Virus record (IMG/VR): IMGVR_UViG_3300021139_001840
Span: 1 to 64,000 of that record
Origin: a virus
Reading direction: 5' to 3' (one strand)
Length of the DNA: 64,000 nt
The notes beneath the pieces were generated by a model. It searched no databases and had not been told where the DNA came from. It worked only from the letters and a program-made list of their open reading frames with translations. Positions 1 to 10,107 of the stretch are shown one piece after another. The translations under genes were made by a program, and so were the position numbers. Positions within the stretch are counted from its first letter, which is position 1. The number at the start of each line of letters is the position of its first letter.

Positions 1-2928
1 ATTTTGAAAGTTAATTTGACTATAATTATTAACATTGGCAGCAAACTGTACAACAACATTGGATCCCAATGAGGTATACTCGGGAACACCTGCATATAGT
101 GCGCCGTCACCTGTTATTGTGTTACCAATAAAAGTACCATTACCTTCTGGAGCTATAAATCCAGATGCTTGTATTACACCTTGAGCAGTAACATTATTAG
201 CAAAGTAAGCGTTATAACCATTTACATTACCAATACCTGATTGTATAATATTCATGGCCACTACGCTGCCAGTTGTCGAAACTCCGCTGTCGATAGTTGT
301 GTTGGCTGTTACAAATGAGTTAGCTGAGATAACATTGGCACCCGTAATATTACCCCCTGATCCGCCAGTTATAAAGTTAGATGCTGTTACATTACCACTA
401 GCACTGAAATTAATAGCATTAATTGTGTCAAAACCGTTAATACTGAGAGCAGGACTTGCTGTTACAGCGTTAAGATTACCAGGAACAGTTAAATTACCGG
501 TCGTATCAAATATCCATTGTGGATTACTACTTTGAGAATTAGAATTGATTGTAACATTAGCATTTGCCCATAATGCCGCGTCACCCGAATTATTTAAAGT
601 TAATGCCGTAGACTGGTCAACAGAATTTCCGTATATCGTTACGCCAGTAACTGGATTTAGTTGTATTGCGGCATTGTTAGTAAAATTAATATTGCCCGGA
701 GCAGTTAGGTTACCATCAGTATCAAAGACCCAGTTTTGTTGGGTACTATTGGCCAAGGAATCGCTGTTGACCTGAATGGTAATAGCGGAGTTGTCCACAT
801 TCACATAGTTCTGGTCATTGGGTGAACCCATCTGAACTCCTGTGTTGTTGGCATCCTTGAATCTGCTGTAAGGAGCATTGTAGTCCAACTGTCCATTGGG
901 CAAGGTTAGAGTACCATCTGCTCCAAAACTCCAGCCTGCTGTGTTACCGTTACTGATAACTACATTGCTTGAGCTGGCCAACAGGCCATTAATTGTACCA
1001 TTGGCATTGAGAGCACCAACGCCAGCTGTGTATTCTGTTGTAGTTAAGTTACCGTTGCCTGTTGTAGCACCCAATAAAATTGTATTACCAGGGCCAACAG
1101 CAATAGCATATTCGCTGGTAACACCAGGATCCATTCCTACTATACCAGCAAAGCCCTCACCTTCTACTCCTGCATACATTAGACCAGCGCCATGGTTGTC
1201 TACAATACCGCGAATCTCTGTTGTACCAGCACCCATGTAGATTTGACTGCTATAAATTGCTGTGCCATTTGAATAAACTTCTGTGCCAAACTCTGCGGCA
1301 TTGGTATTGCCTATGCCACCTGAATTAAGTTTAGCAATCGTTGGCATGAGCATGTCATCGCCACTGAATACAAAGTTACCAGTGCTGGCATTGCCACCTG
1401 AGATGCCAGTTAAGTAAGCGCCATTGCCATAAAAATAATCGGCAGTAACATTACCAGTAACGGATACCGATACCGATGTGGGTCCACCAGTCTGTGTTAT
1501 AATTACATTGCTGCCGAATATAACTACGTTGCCATTAGTTGAAGTAGAGTATGAGAAACCACCAGCCAAATATAAATTACCGCCAAACGTGTTTCCGGCG
1601 CCACCGATTAACGATACATAATTTCCTACTGCTCCGGGTGCTAGTTGAGGAGTCGTACTAATACTAGTATCGCTAAATGTAATATTGCCAGTTGATCCGC
1701 CGCCAGCTGGACCATAAGTCAACTCAAATGTTGAAGTGTTGTAGTACAATGCGTTTGTTGTATTACCATTATCGTTGCGTACTGGTGCTACATAGAAACT
1801 GTCGGTTTGATTAGCAACACCATCTACTTCAACACCAGTGGCATTTAGAATAATTGTGTTGTTGGCTTGACTATCTAGCCCAGCAAAACTACCAATGGCT
1901 ATGGCATCAGTACCTTGATAATTTGACCCAGCCTCCAAGCCAATGGCGATGGCATTAGTACCTTGATTATAACGTCCAGTGTATTCACCAATTGCTACTG
2001 CATTAACACCTTGATTATTTTGACCAGCCGCAAAACCTAGAGCAATAGCCTGTGTTTCTTGGCCATTAGTCCCTGCAGCGCACCCAATGGCAATAGCATA
2101 TTCTCCCTGGGCATTGCCAGCAGTTTGTCCAATTGCTATTGATATTGGGCCATTATTATTATTAATATTGCCAATGTTGGCCCAGTCAGTGTTGCCGCCA
2201 CCTGATCCGCCATAAGGTTGACCGTTGGCATAGTTAATGCTTGGGGAAGAATAAGGGTAGTCAGGTAATGTTAAATTACCTAGGTTATCAAAGACCCAAT
2301 TATTGAGAATCCTAGCGCCGCTGAAGCGGTTTAATGAAGTAGTAGTAATAACTACAGGACCACCAGCTCCGCCAACGTTACCAACGGCAGTGCCCACGCC
2401 GTATTGAAAAATGGATGCATTACCACCTTGTAAATGCAATGCTCCGCCTTCTGCCAGCACTTGCGAATTGGTATAAGCATAATCACCGGCTTGTAAGTAT
2501 AGGTTAGGACCATTTTGCCCGGCTATAACGGAATTTAACGGCTGAATTTGTATGGGTTCAGTAATAATTGTGCTAATGTTGGCATTGGTAAATGTAATAT
2601 CACCAGTATTACCCCCACCACCGTTGCCTGTGACCACATTAGCACCATCCACTTGTAAAGTACCATTGTCAATAGTAAGTGGAACAGATCCAATGTAAAT
2701 TGTATTGCCTGATACCCACAAGTCTTGCCATTGATTAGTGGCATTACCCAAACTATAAGAGACGTTATCTGATGGAATAACGTCAGTAGTTACATTGAGC
2801 AAATTGCCGTTAGCACCTTGCCATATACCGTTGGGGTAATTACCATTGACGTAAGTATAAACTACCCCGTTTTCAGCAGTAAATGTATCACCCTCGTTGG
2901 GGTTTGGTGGAAAAAATAATGTTGACAT
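1..2928 (-). CDS. Tail fibre/adhesin-like virion protein, partial (runs off the left edge; absent from the ORF track)
   Basis: ATG at 2928 after AGGA SD. Reads MSTLFFPPNPNEGDTFTAENG...; the same frame at the left edge reads ...VVQFAANVNNYSQINFQN. G/N/T-rich with 16-aa AIAIG repeats and modules shared with the neighbouring fibre gene. Frame checked at both ends and at internal segments, not codon by codon. Confidence 0.85.
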   Translation of the reverse strand, partial: MSTLFFPPNPNEGDTFTAENGVVYTYVNGNYPNGIWQGANGNLLNVTTDVIPSDNVSYSLGNATNQWQDLWVSGNTIYIGSVPLTIDNGTLQVDGANVVTGNGGGGNTGDITFTNANISTIITEPIQIQPLNSVIAGQNGPNLYLQAGDYAYTNSQVLAEGGALHLQGGNASIFQYGVGTAVGNVGGAGGPVVITTTSLNRFSGARILNNWVFDNLGNLTLPDYPYSSPSINYANGQPYGGSGGGNTDWANIGNINNNNGPISIAIGQTAGNAQGEYAIAIGCAAGTNGQETQAIALGFAAGQNNQGVNAVAIGEYTGRYNQGTNAIAIGLEAGSNYQGTDAIAIGSFAGLDSQANNTIILNATGVEVDGVANQTDSFYVAPVRNDNGNTTNALYYNTSTFELTYGPAGGGSTGNITFSDTSISTTPQLAPGAVGNYVSLIGGAGNTFGGNLYLAGGFSYSTSTNGNVVIFGSNVIITQTGGPTSVSVSVTGNVTADYFYGNGAYLTGISGGNASTGNFVFSGDDMLMPTIAKLNSGGIGNTNAAEFGTEVYSNGTAIYSSQIYMGAGTTEIRGIVDNHGAGLMYAGVEGEGFAGIVGMDPGVTSEYAIAVGPGNTILLGATTGNGNLTTTEYTAGVGALNANGTINGLLASSSNVVISNGNTAGWSFGADGTLTLPNGQLDYNAPYSRFKDANNTGVQMGSPNDQNYVNVDNSAITIQVNSDSLANSTQQNWVFDTDGNLTAPGNINFTNNAAIQLNPVTGVTIYGNSVDQSTALTLNNSGDAALWANANVTINSNSQSSNPQWIFDTTGNLTVPGNLNAVTASPALSINGFDTINAINFSASGNVTASNFITGGSGGNITGANVISANSFVTANTTIDSGVSTTGSVVAMNIIQSGIGNVNGYNAYFANNVTAQGVIQASGFIAPEGNGTFIGNTITGDGALYAGVPEYTSLGSNVVVQFAANVNNYSQINFQN

Positions 2929-2968
2929 GTGTGTATCCTAGTTTTATATTTATTTAAAATGTACTTCC

Positions 2969-5900
2969 TTATACTGCCGAGTTATCACTGATATAACTCC
3001 AGCGATTGCTTGTTGTGTCCCAGAAAGCTATTCTGCCTCCTGATGTAGGACTGTCTGAAACTGATGCTATTTGTCCCACAGTTCCTGTAATTAAAATTAA
3101 ATTTGCCGCTGTGTAAACTGGTAATTGAGCAAATACTGTGGCTGTGACACCAGCCGATGTTATATTGCCAACCGTAGAAATACTTCCTGGAGCTGTAAAG
3201 TTACCAGTATTATCGAAAGTCCAAGTCTCACCCGGGCCTCCTGATCTTTGATTGTTTGTAATAATTTCTACGTTAGTATTATTAATATAGACTGCACTAG
3301 TACCAAATCCTTTGCCGTCACTGCCATAATTATAAATGCGAACGGCACTATTGTCAGTTGGACCAACGATGTTTAAACCATAGCGCCAGTTAGAACTTGG
3401 TTCTTCAAAAATAGCACTGGTTAACGGTAAAGTCAACGCTCCTGATGAATCATATACCCAATTTGGTGTACCCGCCACACGAATTGTATAGTTGGTAGCA
3501 CCTGCTGTAAACGAGCCAGTCCCGCTACTATTGCGTAAGTCTACATCTGGTGTGTTGTTATTGATAACATAGTTTGTAGCTGATCCATTATTGGCAGCGA
3601 GCAAACTGCCATCATTTTCTATGGTAAGTGACTGCAAGCCGTTTATAATACTGTTGCTGCCAGGTGGACCATATGTCAACTCAAATGTATCTGTATTATA
3701 GTAAAGTGCGTTGACAGTATTGCCTGTGTCATTGCGTACTGGTGCCACTGTGAATGTATTGTCTGTTTGTTGATCTACAATATTACCAGTGGCATTTAAG
3801 ATAATTGAGTTATTGCCTTGCTTGTAATCGCCAGCATGTGCGCCAATAGCTATAGCGTTGGCACCTTGGAAATTATAACCAGCTTGTTGTCCAATTGATA
3901 TGGCCAATGAGTTCTGTCCAGTATGCCCAGAATTATCGCCAATGGCTATGGCACTATTGCCTTGAATAAATGCTCCAGCGGCTACACCAATAGCCACAGC
4001 ATAGTCATGTTGTCCTTCTTGACCTGCCCATTTACCAAGTCCTACAGCACTATTGCCCTGTGTATCTTGCCCAGCAAATTGACCAATTGCAATCGCCGCT
4101 TCGTGTTGAGTATTATTGCCAGCGTAATATCCAACAGCAATACTATTAGCACCTTGCACATTTGAACCAGCATTGGCACCAACAGCTATGTTACTTGGAC
4201 CATATTGATTGTTGATATTCCCAATGTTGGCCCAGTCAGTATTGCCGCCACTTGATCCGCCATAAGGTTGACCATTGGCATAATTAATGCTAGGATTGAC
4301 AGTCTCGACTGCCACAACAGTTAACTCACCGTTGCCAGTACTGCTGGGCTGATTAATAGTTAACTGATCACCCGGCGCATAGCCTTGGCCACGCTGATTA
4401 AGGGTGACACTAGTAATTGAACCAGCGTTGCCACTATCGGCTATGATGTCAACAGTTAGGCCTGTGCCTGTACCTGTGTCAGCAATGGTTGGCACGTTGG
4501 CCGCTGTGGAGTAGCCTACTGTGAGGCCAGCGTTAAGTGTGACAGCAGTAGCCAAGCCAGTTATAGCGCCCGGTAATGTCAAGTTGCCTGTAGCATCAAA
4601 AGTCCATTCAAAATTGTTTGAGCCATCGAATGTTTCTAATACCACAGGATAGTTGGTATTGGCTTGAACGTTAAATTGCATACCATTATCATCAATGCCA
4701 CTACCATTAGGAAAGGTCAATACTCCTTTGTTGCCCCAGGTTAATGTATCGCCCGATACATCTGTTATACTGAGTCCTTGATTGACTCCATTTCCCGACG
4801 GTGATAATACAGTTCCATTAGATAAGACCAAATTGCCGGTATTATCAAATGTCCAAAAGCCATTGTCCGTCTCAACATACGCATTGCCATCTGCAAGATA
4901 AACATAAGATGATCCGTTGCTGTAGCTGTCATTTTCTAACTGTGTATAGCTATTTGGGCCGGTAACAATATTGATACCACCTGTGCCATTGCCGTATATA
5001 CTAATATCTGTGTTGGCTAGATTAGTTGAAATGGTCGTGCTGTTAAATGTAATATTACCGGTATTCCCACTGCCCCCGCCTGGACCTGAAATTCCTGCTG
5101 GACTAGCATCTACCCACTGACTTGTAGTGCCATCATTGTAATAAACATATAAGCGCCCAGCCACTGAATTCCACCAAAGTGTGCTTGGAGTTGGGTTTAA
5201 GGGAGCAGTATCACTTTGTATAATGCTTCCACCGCCACCGCCTGATCCACTAATACCAGCTGGAGCAGCATCTACCCACTGACTTGAGGTACCGTCATTG
5301 TAGTAAACATATAAACGACCTGATACTTCATCCCACCATAAGGTACTTGCTGTAGGGTTTAAGGGAGGAGTTGCGCTTTGAATAATGCTTCCGGCTCCGC
5401 CTGAGAATGGTGTGCCATTGGCATAATAATAGTTGTTGGTTAATATTCCGCCAACTGTAATGTTACCAATCAACGATAAGTTAGCAGTTGGAGCTAACTC
5501 ATAAGCCATGCCAGCTACAACAGCCGAATTGGCGTAATCAGATTGTACAGAATAACCAGATGAATTGGCACGCTGTGACATTACAGCATTATTGGCAAAG
5601 GCAGCTAAATTGGCATTTAGAGCAAATAGTGCTGTATCAGCATTAATAGATTGTGTGGCTAAAGCTGCTAAGTTAGCAGTAGCGGCAGTGCCAGCAAATG
5701 TGGCATAATAAACATTACCAGTAATGGCACTGGCTCTAACATTGCTAATATTACCACCATCACCTGCTAGTATGCCTACTACAGTATTACCATATACAAT
5801 GTTGGCATAAACATTACCAGTTGTGGAAATATCACCAACTGCTGAAATTGAATCTACAGAACCAAATGTAGTTAAATTAGAATAAACGACCGTGGGATTT

Positions 5901-6523
5901 ATTGTAGTGCCTGAGATATTGGCTGCGTCAACATTGGCAGTTACATTAGTCAATTGGCTTCCGTCACCAATAAATGCTGGAGCTGTAACAGGAAGATTTG
6001 TCGTCCACGAATTTGATTCATATGAATAGGTGAAATTGGCATTGGCTCCATCTACCAGTATACCTGCTCCGTCAGCTTGGGCGCCATTAGAAGCGCCACT
6101 AGCCAGTGTAATTGTAGTATTTGATACAGTTAAATTAGAATAGTTAACAGTTACGATATTGCCTGTAACATTTAAATTGCCGTTTACATATAAATTACCA
6201 GTAAAAGTACTGGTATTGGCATTTAAATATTGTGTGTAAACTGTGTTAAAACGATTAGTTGATGTGCCAATTGAACGAACATTTGATAAATCTGGAGCTA
6301 GAGTGGAACGGACAACGACGGCCCCGACACCATTTGGTGCCAGTATCAAATTACCATTGGTATTGGTAGTTATAATGCTGTTATTAACGATTTCAATATT
6401 GCTACCAACAGGGCCAGCGTTGAAAACTTGGTCAAAATTGAGATTTACTTGTGTAAATGCGGTTCGTAAGGGTTCACCGGTTCCATCATTTGCTACATTA
6501 CCTGTGTTTATAATATATTGCAT
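2969..6523 (-). CDS. Long tail fibre protein with T4 gp9/gp10-like N-terminus and YadA-head-like repeats
   Basis: N-terminus INTGNVANDGTGEPLRTAFTQVNLNF; about 8 AIAIG repeats; WTFDxTGNL motifs. Likely ATG at 6523 (track starts at TTG 6538). Confidence 0.85.
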   Translation of the reverse strand: MQYIINTGNVANDGTGEPLRTAFTQVNLNFDQVFNAGPVGSNIEIVNNSIITTNTNGNLILAPNGVGAVVVRSTLAPDLSNVRSIGTSTNRFNTVYTQYLNANTSTFTGNLYVNGNLNVTGNIVTVNYSNLTVSNTTITLASGASNGAQADGAGILVDGANANFTYSYESNSWTTNLPVTAPAFIGDGSQLTNVTANVDAANISGTTINPTVVYSNLTTFGSVDSISAVGDISTTGNVYANIVYGNTVVGILAGDGGNISNVRASAITGNVYYATFAGTAATANLAALATQSINADTALFALNANLAAFANNAVMSQRANSSGYSVQSDYANSAVVAGMAYELAPTANLSLIGNITVGGILTNNYYYANGTPFSGGAGSIIQSATPPLNPTASTLWWDEVSGRLYVYYNDGTSSQWVDAAPAGISGSGGGGGSIIQSDTAPLNPTPSTLWWNSVAGRLYVYYNDGTTSQWVDASPAGISGPGGGSGNTGNITFNSTTISTNLANTDISIYGNGTGGINIVTGPNSYTQLENDSYSNGSSYVYLADGNAYVETDNGFWTFDNTGNLVLSNGTVLSPSGNGVNQGLSITDVSGDTLTWGNKGVLTFPNGSGIDDNGMQFNVQANTNYPVVLETFDGSNNFEWTFDATGNLTLPGAITGLATAVTLNAGLTVGYSTAANVPTIADTGTGTGLTVDIIADSGNAGSITSVTLNQRGQGYAPGDQLTINQPSSTGNGELTVVAVETVNPSINYANGQPYGGSSGGNTDWANIGNINNQYGPSNIAVGANAGSNVQGANSIAVGYYAGNNTQHEAAIAIGQFAGQDTQGNSAVGLGKWAGQEGQHDYAVAIGVAAGAFIQGNSAIAIGDNSGHTGQNSLAISIGQQAGYNFQGANAIAIGAHAGDYKQGNNSIILNATGNIVDQQTDNTFTVAPVRNDTGNTVNALYYNTDTFELTYGPPGSNSIINGLQSLTIENDGSLLAANNGSATNYVINNNTPDVDLRNSSGTGSFTAGATNYTIRVAGTPNWVYDSSGALTLPLTSAIFEEPSSNWRYGLNIVGPTDNSAVRIYNYGSDGKGFGTSAVYINNTNVEIITNNQRSGGPGETWTFDNTGNFTAPGSISTVGNITSAGVTATVFAQLPVYTAANLILITGTVGQIASVSDSPTSGGRIAFWDTTSNRWSYISDNSAV
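5095..5395 (-). repeat. Tandem duplication of a ~50-aa module within the fibre gene
   Basis: GSIIQS..PLNPT.STLWW..V.GRLYVYYNDGT.SQWVDA.PAGISG occurs twice, separated by a Gly linker. Confidence 0.9.
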
Positions 6524-6704
6524 ATAGGTTTTTACCAATCCTTAGTATTTGTTATTATTTAGTTAAACTACCGTATAGCAAGTTTTGGATAAAATTATTA
6601 ATACAATCAGCCAAAATAGTTGTTTTTCTCGGTTAGTTAGCGTATACTGCATATATGTTGTTAACTCAACTACCGTTTATATTAACTATGAAAGGATAAA
6701 CGAA

Positions 6705-6974
6705 ATGAAATTGATTAATCCAGAAAGCAAGACTTTTCGCGTATTTCGCGCACTCCAGTCCGGTCAAGCCTTAACCGCTAGCAAAGCAACTAAACTAGGT
6801 GTTAAGAATTTATCTGCTGAAGTTTCACGCATCAAGCAACATGGTTTTGCCGTTTATACCAACAGCCGCAAAGCAAATAACGGTGTCCAAGTTACTGAAT
6901 ACGTAATGGGCAAGCCAAGCCGTAAAATTGTAGCCCTTGGTTACAAAGCATTGGCCGCAGGAATGACTGTTTAA
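6705..6974 (+). CDS. Small basic winged-HTH-like DNA-binding protein
   Basis: AAGGA SD before ATG 6705; LQSGQALTASKATKLGVKNLSAEVSRIKQHGF pattern. Confidence 0.6.
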   Translation: MKLINPESKTFRVFRALQSGQALTASKATKLGVKNLSAEVSRIKQHGFAVYTNSRKANNGVQVTEYVMGKPSRKIVALGYKALAAGMTV

Positions 6975-7012
6975 AAACCTCGCTGTCCAAATCAAATTGG
7001 ACACATTTCTTC

Positions 7013-7040
7013 AGAAAGGCTGTCAACGACAGTCTTTTTG
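7013..7040 (+). terminator. Intrinsic terminator
   Basis: AAAGGCTGTC-AAC-GACAGTCTTT followed by T-rich tail. Confidence 0.7.
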
Positions 7041-7041
7041 T

Positions 7042-7070
7042 TTGACTTTAAATTCAATTGGTCATATAAT
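7042..7070 (+). promoter_or_regulatory. Sigma70-type promoter
   Basis: TTGACT-17-TATAAT; ATG 6 nt downstream at 7077. Confidence 0.85.
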
Positions 7071-7076
7071 ATGGAT

Positions 7077-7520
7077 ATGCTCAAAAAACTATTTCAGCGT
7101 TTAGGACGCCATAGAATTATATTAGATAGAGAAAGCAACGATCCTTATTTGGAACGATATTATTTGTTCCTAAAAGATCGTAAACGTTTTCCATTTAACA
7201 TATTTCTACACAAATTCCTCAAAGGTGATCGAGACCATTTACACGACCACCCTTGGTCTTACTGCACTTTAATACTTAAAGGTGGATACTGGGAGTGGAT
7301 ACCTGGAAATAATTGTGAAATCCGCAAATGGCGTGGTCCGGGACATTTTCGTATGTGTAGAGCCAATTCCTATCATCGCATAGAATTAGAACCTGGCGTA
7401 ACTGCTTGGACATTGTTCATGCCCGGGCAACAACAACGTGACTGGGGATTTTTGGTTGATGATGTATGGATTCAAAACGAAGAATATTTTAAACAACGCA
7501 AGGAGAATGTAAGTGCCTAA
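7077..7520 (+). CDS. Cupin-fold protein
   Basis: HLHDHPW...ILKGGYWE...YHRIEL cupin motifs. Confidence 0.7.
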   Translation: MLKKLFQRLGRHRIILDRESNDPYLERYYLFLKDRKRFPFNIFLHKFLKGDRDHLHDHPWSYCTLILKGGYWEWIPGNNCEIRKWRGPGHFRMCRANSYHRIELEPGVTAWTLFMPGQQQRDWGFLVDDVWIQNEEYFKQRKENVSA

Positions 7521-8034
7521 CTATTGTGATAACATTGCCACTATTTCTGGACCAGCAGAAGTAATTGGCCAAATTAAAACTATACTGGAAGATCCCAAGG
7601 GTGAGTTGCTAAACTACATGGTTCCAGAACCCAAAGACAATGAAAGCTGGTATGAATGGCGTGTGGAAAATTGGGGCACTAAATGGGATATTTCGGATGT
7701 TTATTTGAACGATGAAGACACAGAAAATAATTCTATAGAATTTGGATTTAGTTCTGCTTGGTCTCCACCAACACAAGCATTTGAAACTTGGGCACGAGGT
7801 CAAGAAGGAGTAACTTTTACCTTAAAATACTTTGAACCTGGTGTGGGATTTTTAGGTGAAGCTACATATGATGGTGAATATTTTGATGATAATTATATAG
7901 ATAGCCAGTCAGATGCTACAGCATATAAAGATTTTGCTCGAGACGAATGGGGCTGGGAAGATGAGGAAGAACCAGAACCATTTACTGAATGGTATAAACA
8001 GGGTGTTGAAGAAAAAGGATTGACAGATGATTGA
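7513..8034 (+). CDS. DUF1281/Api92-like ferredoxin-fold phage protein
   Basis: MPNYCDN...WRVENWGTKWD...FSSAWSPP...YFEPG. Confidence 0.7.
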   Translation: MPNYCDNIATISGPAEVIGQIKTILEDPKGELLNYMVPEPKDNESWYEWRVENWGTKWDISDVYLNDEDTENNSIEFGFSSAWSPPTQAFETWARGQEGVTFTLKYFEPGVGFLGEATYDGEYFDDNYIDSQSDATAYKDFARDEWGWEDEEEPEPFTEWYKQGVEEKGLTDD

Positions 8035-8365
8035 AATTTTAACTGGAATAGTGTTGGGCATAGTTATTGCCATAGTTGTTATCTACTTGTACATTCGTAG
8101 TTTGATTAGGCAAGTTATGATGGACATTGACGGATTAATCGAAGTAGCAAAAAATCAAATAATGCCCGTAACAGTTGAGCGTGAAAACGGTATAATTTAT
8201 TGTTATAATAAAAATGACAATCAATTTATTTGCCAAGGCGCCAATTTGTCCGAAATCAAAGCGGCATTTAAAGCTCGATTTCCCGATTGTACTGCTTATT
8301 TGGATGGTGGTAATCTCGAATTAGTGGAAGAATTGCGTAGTGAATTGAGAAAAGATTTAGTTTGA
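8027..8365 (+). CDS. Hypothetical protein with N-terminal transmembrane helix
   Basis: Hydrophobic N-terminus; overlaps upstream stop. Confidence 0.7.
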   Translation: MIEILTGIVLGIVIAIVVIYLYIRSLIRQVMMDIDGLIEVAKNQIMPVTVERENGIIYCYNKNDNQFICQGANLSEIKAAFKARFPDCTAYLDGGNLELVEELRSELRKDLV

Positions 8366-8390
8366 CAAGCAAATCAACAAGTAGTATAAT
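8362..8390 (+). promoter_or_regulatory. Sigma70-type promoter (perfect consensus)
   Basis: TTGACA-17-TATAAT; ATG 6 nt downstream. Confidence 0.9.
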
Positions 8391-8396
8391 AATAAT

Positions 8397-9293
8397 ATGA
8401 AAATAGCCATTGCTTCCGACATACACCTTGAATTTGGTTCAATTATGTTACACAACGACAAACAAGCCGATGTGTTAATTCTTGCGGGTGATATTTGTAC
8501 AGTTAAAACTTTTAAAAAGAAACCCAAAGAACGGGTGGGACTTATTGATTTTTTTAGTAACTGTTCCGCTATGTTTAAAGATGTTATATACATTTGTGGT
8601 AATCACGAACACTATGATTATGACATTGCTGAAACTTATAAAACACTTAAAAAAGAATTAGCACAATTTCCTAATATTCACATTTTAGAAAAAGAAACTG
8701 TAGATATTGGCAACATTACTTTTGTTTGTGGCACACTTTGGACTGATATGAATAAAAATGATTCATTGACTTTATGGCATTGTGGTCGAGCAATGAATGA
8801 TTTTCAGTTGATTAAAAATAGCTGTCGTATGACACATCATACCAATACAGTTTATGTTAAGAATCCTGATGGTTCGGGCATGAATTTAAAAGATGCCGAA
8901 GGTAACTTAGTTGTAGAACGAGTTGACCATTATGAAAAAGCATCTCGTTGGTCGCCAGAAGATTCAGTCGAAGACCACAAAAAAATGATTGACTACATTG
9001 ATATTGTTACCAAAGATAAAACAAAACAATATGTGGTAGTTGGTCATCATGCGCCATCGACTTTAAGTATAGCCGAATGTTATAAAGGTGATAAGTTAAT
9101 GAACGGAGCTTTCCATTCTGACCTCAGCGAATTCATCATTGATCGCCCGCAAATTAAACTTTGGGTACACGGACACATGCACAATAATAGCAATTATTGG
9201 ATTGGCGAAACTCATGTAGTTTGTAATCCCAGAGGATATGTTGGTTACGAAAGTTCTGCCACTTGGTTTGAATTACAATATTTGGAAATATAA
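8397..9293 (+). CDS. Calcineurin-like metallophosphoesterase
   Basis: SDIHLE, LAGDI, GNHEHY, HHAP, HGHMH motifs. Confidence 0.9.
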   Translation: MKIAIASDIHLEFGSIMLHNDKQADVLILAGDICTVKTFKKKPKERVGLIDFFSNCSAMFKDVIYICGNHEHYDYDIAETYKTLKKELAQFPNIHILEKETVDIGNITFVCGTLWTDMNKNDSLTLWHCGRAMNDFQLIKNSCRMTHHTNTVYVKNPDGSGMNLKDAEGNLVVERVDHYEKASRWSPEDSVEDHKKMIDYIDIVTKDKTKQYVVVGHHAPSTLSIAECYKGDKLMNGAFHSDLSEFIIDRPQIKLWVHGHMHNNSNYWIGETHVVCNPRGYVGYESSATWFELQYLEI

Positions 9294-9547
9294 TGAGTAA
9301 ATCTAAACACAAACCTTATCAATGGATTGACGGAGAAACTGCAGATCGTATTACTAGTCTTAACCTAAAGGACTATCGAGCATATCTCAAAAAAGATCTT
9401 AAGGATTGGAAAAAGAATCCAAAAACTGAATCTAACCCCAATGGCTATTGGTTACATCCAGAAGATGTTGCTAGCCATATTCGTACTATTGATGCATTAG
9501 ATTTAATTATTAGCCACTTTATAGAAACATCAGACGAAATCAAATAA
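9293..9547 (+). CDS. Hypothetical protein
   Basis: Coupled ORF (TAATG overlap). Confidence 0.7.
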   Translation: MSKSKHKPYQWIDGETADRITSLNLKDYRAYLKKDLKDWKKNPKTESNPNGYWLHPEDVASHIRTIDALDLIISHFIETSDEIK

Positions 9548-9559
9548 AAGGAATTAAAA

Positions 9560-9931
9560 ATGAGTGATTATTCACCAGACCGTTGGGTAGTTATAAAAAT
9601 TACTACACCAACTGAACGTCTTTATAAAGTGTTTGCGTCATGGTCAGGTGGCTATGGCGGTTCAGACTCTTGGAAGATAAATTCAGGTATTACACAAGCT
9701 AGGCTTGTTAAGGATCGTTGGGAGTTTGATGGGTACAGCGGCTCTGTTTACAGTTGTCACACTCAGGCCTATGGAACCAACGGTTATGGTGGCAATGTTT
9801 TACAAAATTTTATTGACTGTGCTCCAAGCGAAGGAGCTACAATTGAAATCATGCCAGGCGAGACCAATTGGGCCAGTTTAGACTATGATGCGCTACAGCA
9901 ATTTATTGCTAACGGAGTTAAAAATGATTAA
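9560..9931 (+). CDS. Hypothetical phage protein
   Basis: AAGGA SD; PDRWVV...WSGGYGGSDSWKINSGI. Confidence 0.75.
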   Translation: MSDYSPDRWVVIKITTPTERLYKVFASWSGGYGGSDSWKINSGITQARLVKDRWEFDGYSGSVYSCHTQAYGTNGYGGNVLQNFIDCAPSEGATIEIMPGETNWASLDYDALQQFIANGVKND

Positions 9932-10106
9932 CTGGTTGCGTTATTCCGGGGTCAGTGTTATAATAACATTAAATCCTTTATGGTGGCGATTAGCACCCTG
10001 GGCGCAAAAAGACTATAATGAATGGGCTGGTCCCAATGAATGGACAGGTTCATGCGGCTGGTTGTTTTTAACAATTCGTGTTTGGATTGACGACGGGAGT
10101 TGGTAG
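9924..10106 (+). CDS. Small Trp-rich hypothetical protein
   Basis: GGAG SD before ATG 9924. Confidence 0.6.
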   Translation: MINWLRYSGVSVIITLNPLWWRLAPWAQKDYNEWAGPNEWTGSCGWLFLTIRVWIDDGSW

Positions 10107-10107
10107 T

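Noticed and set aside
254-1240. Plus-strand ORFs 254-535, 545-775, 896-1240
   Set aside because: Antisense shadows of the minus-strand fibre gene that runs off the window; no SD.
2162-4291. Diversity-generating retroelement TR/VR pair
   Set aside because: Both copies are coding, mismatches are mostly synonymous and not adenine-specific, and no reverse transcriptase is in the window.
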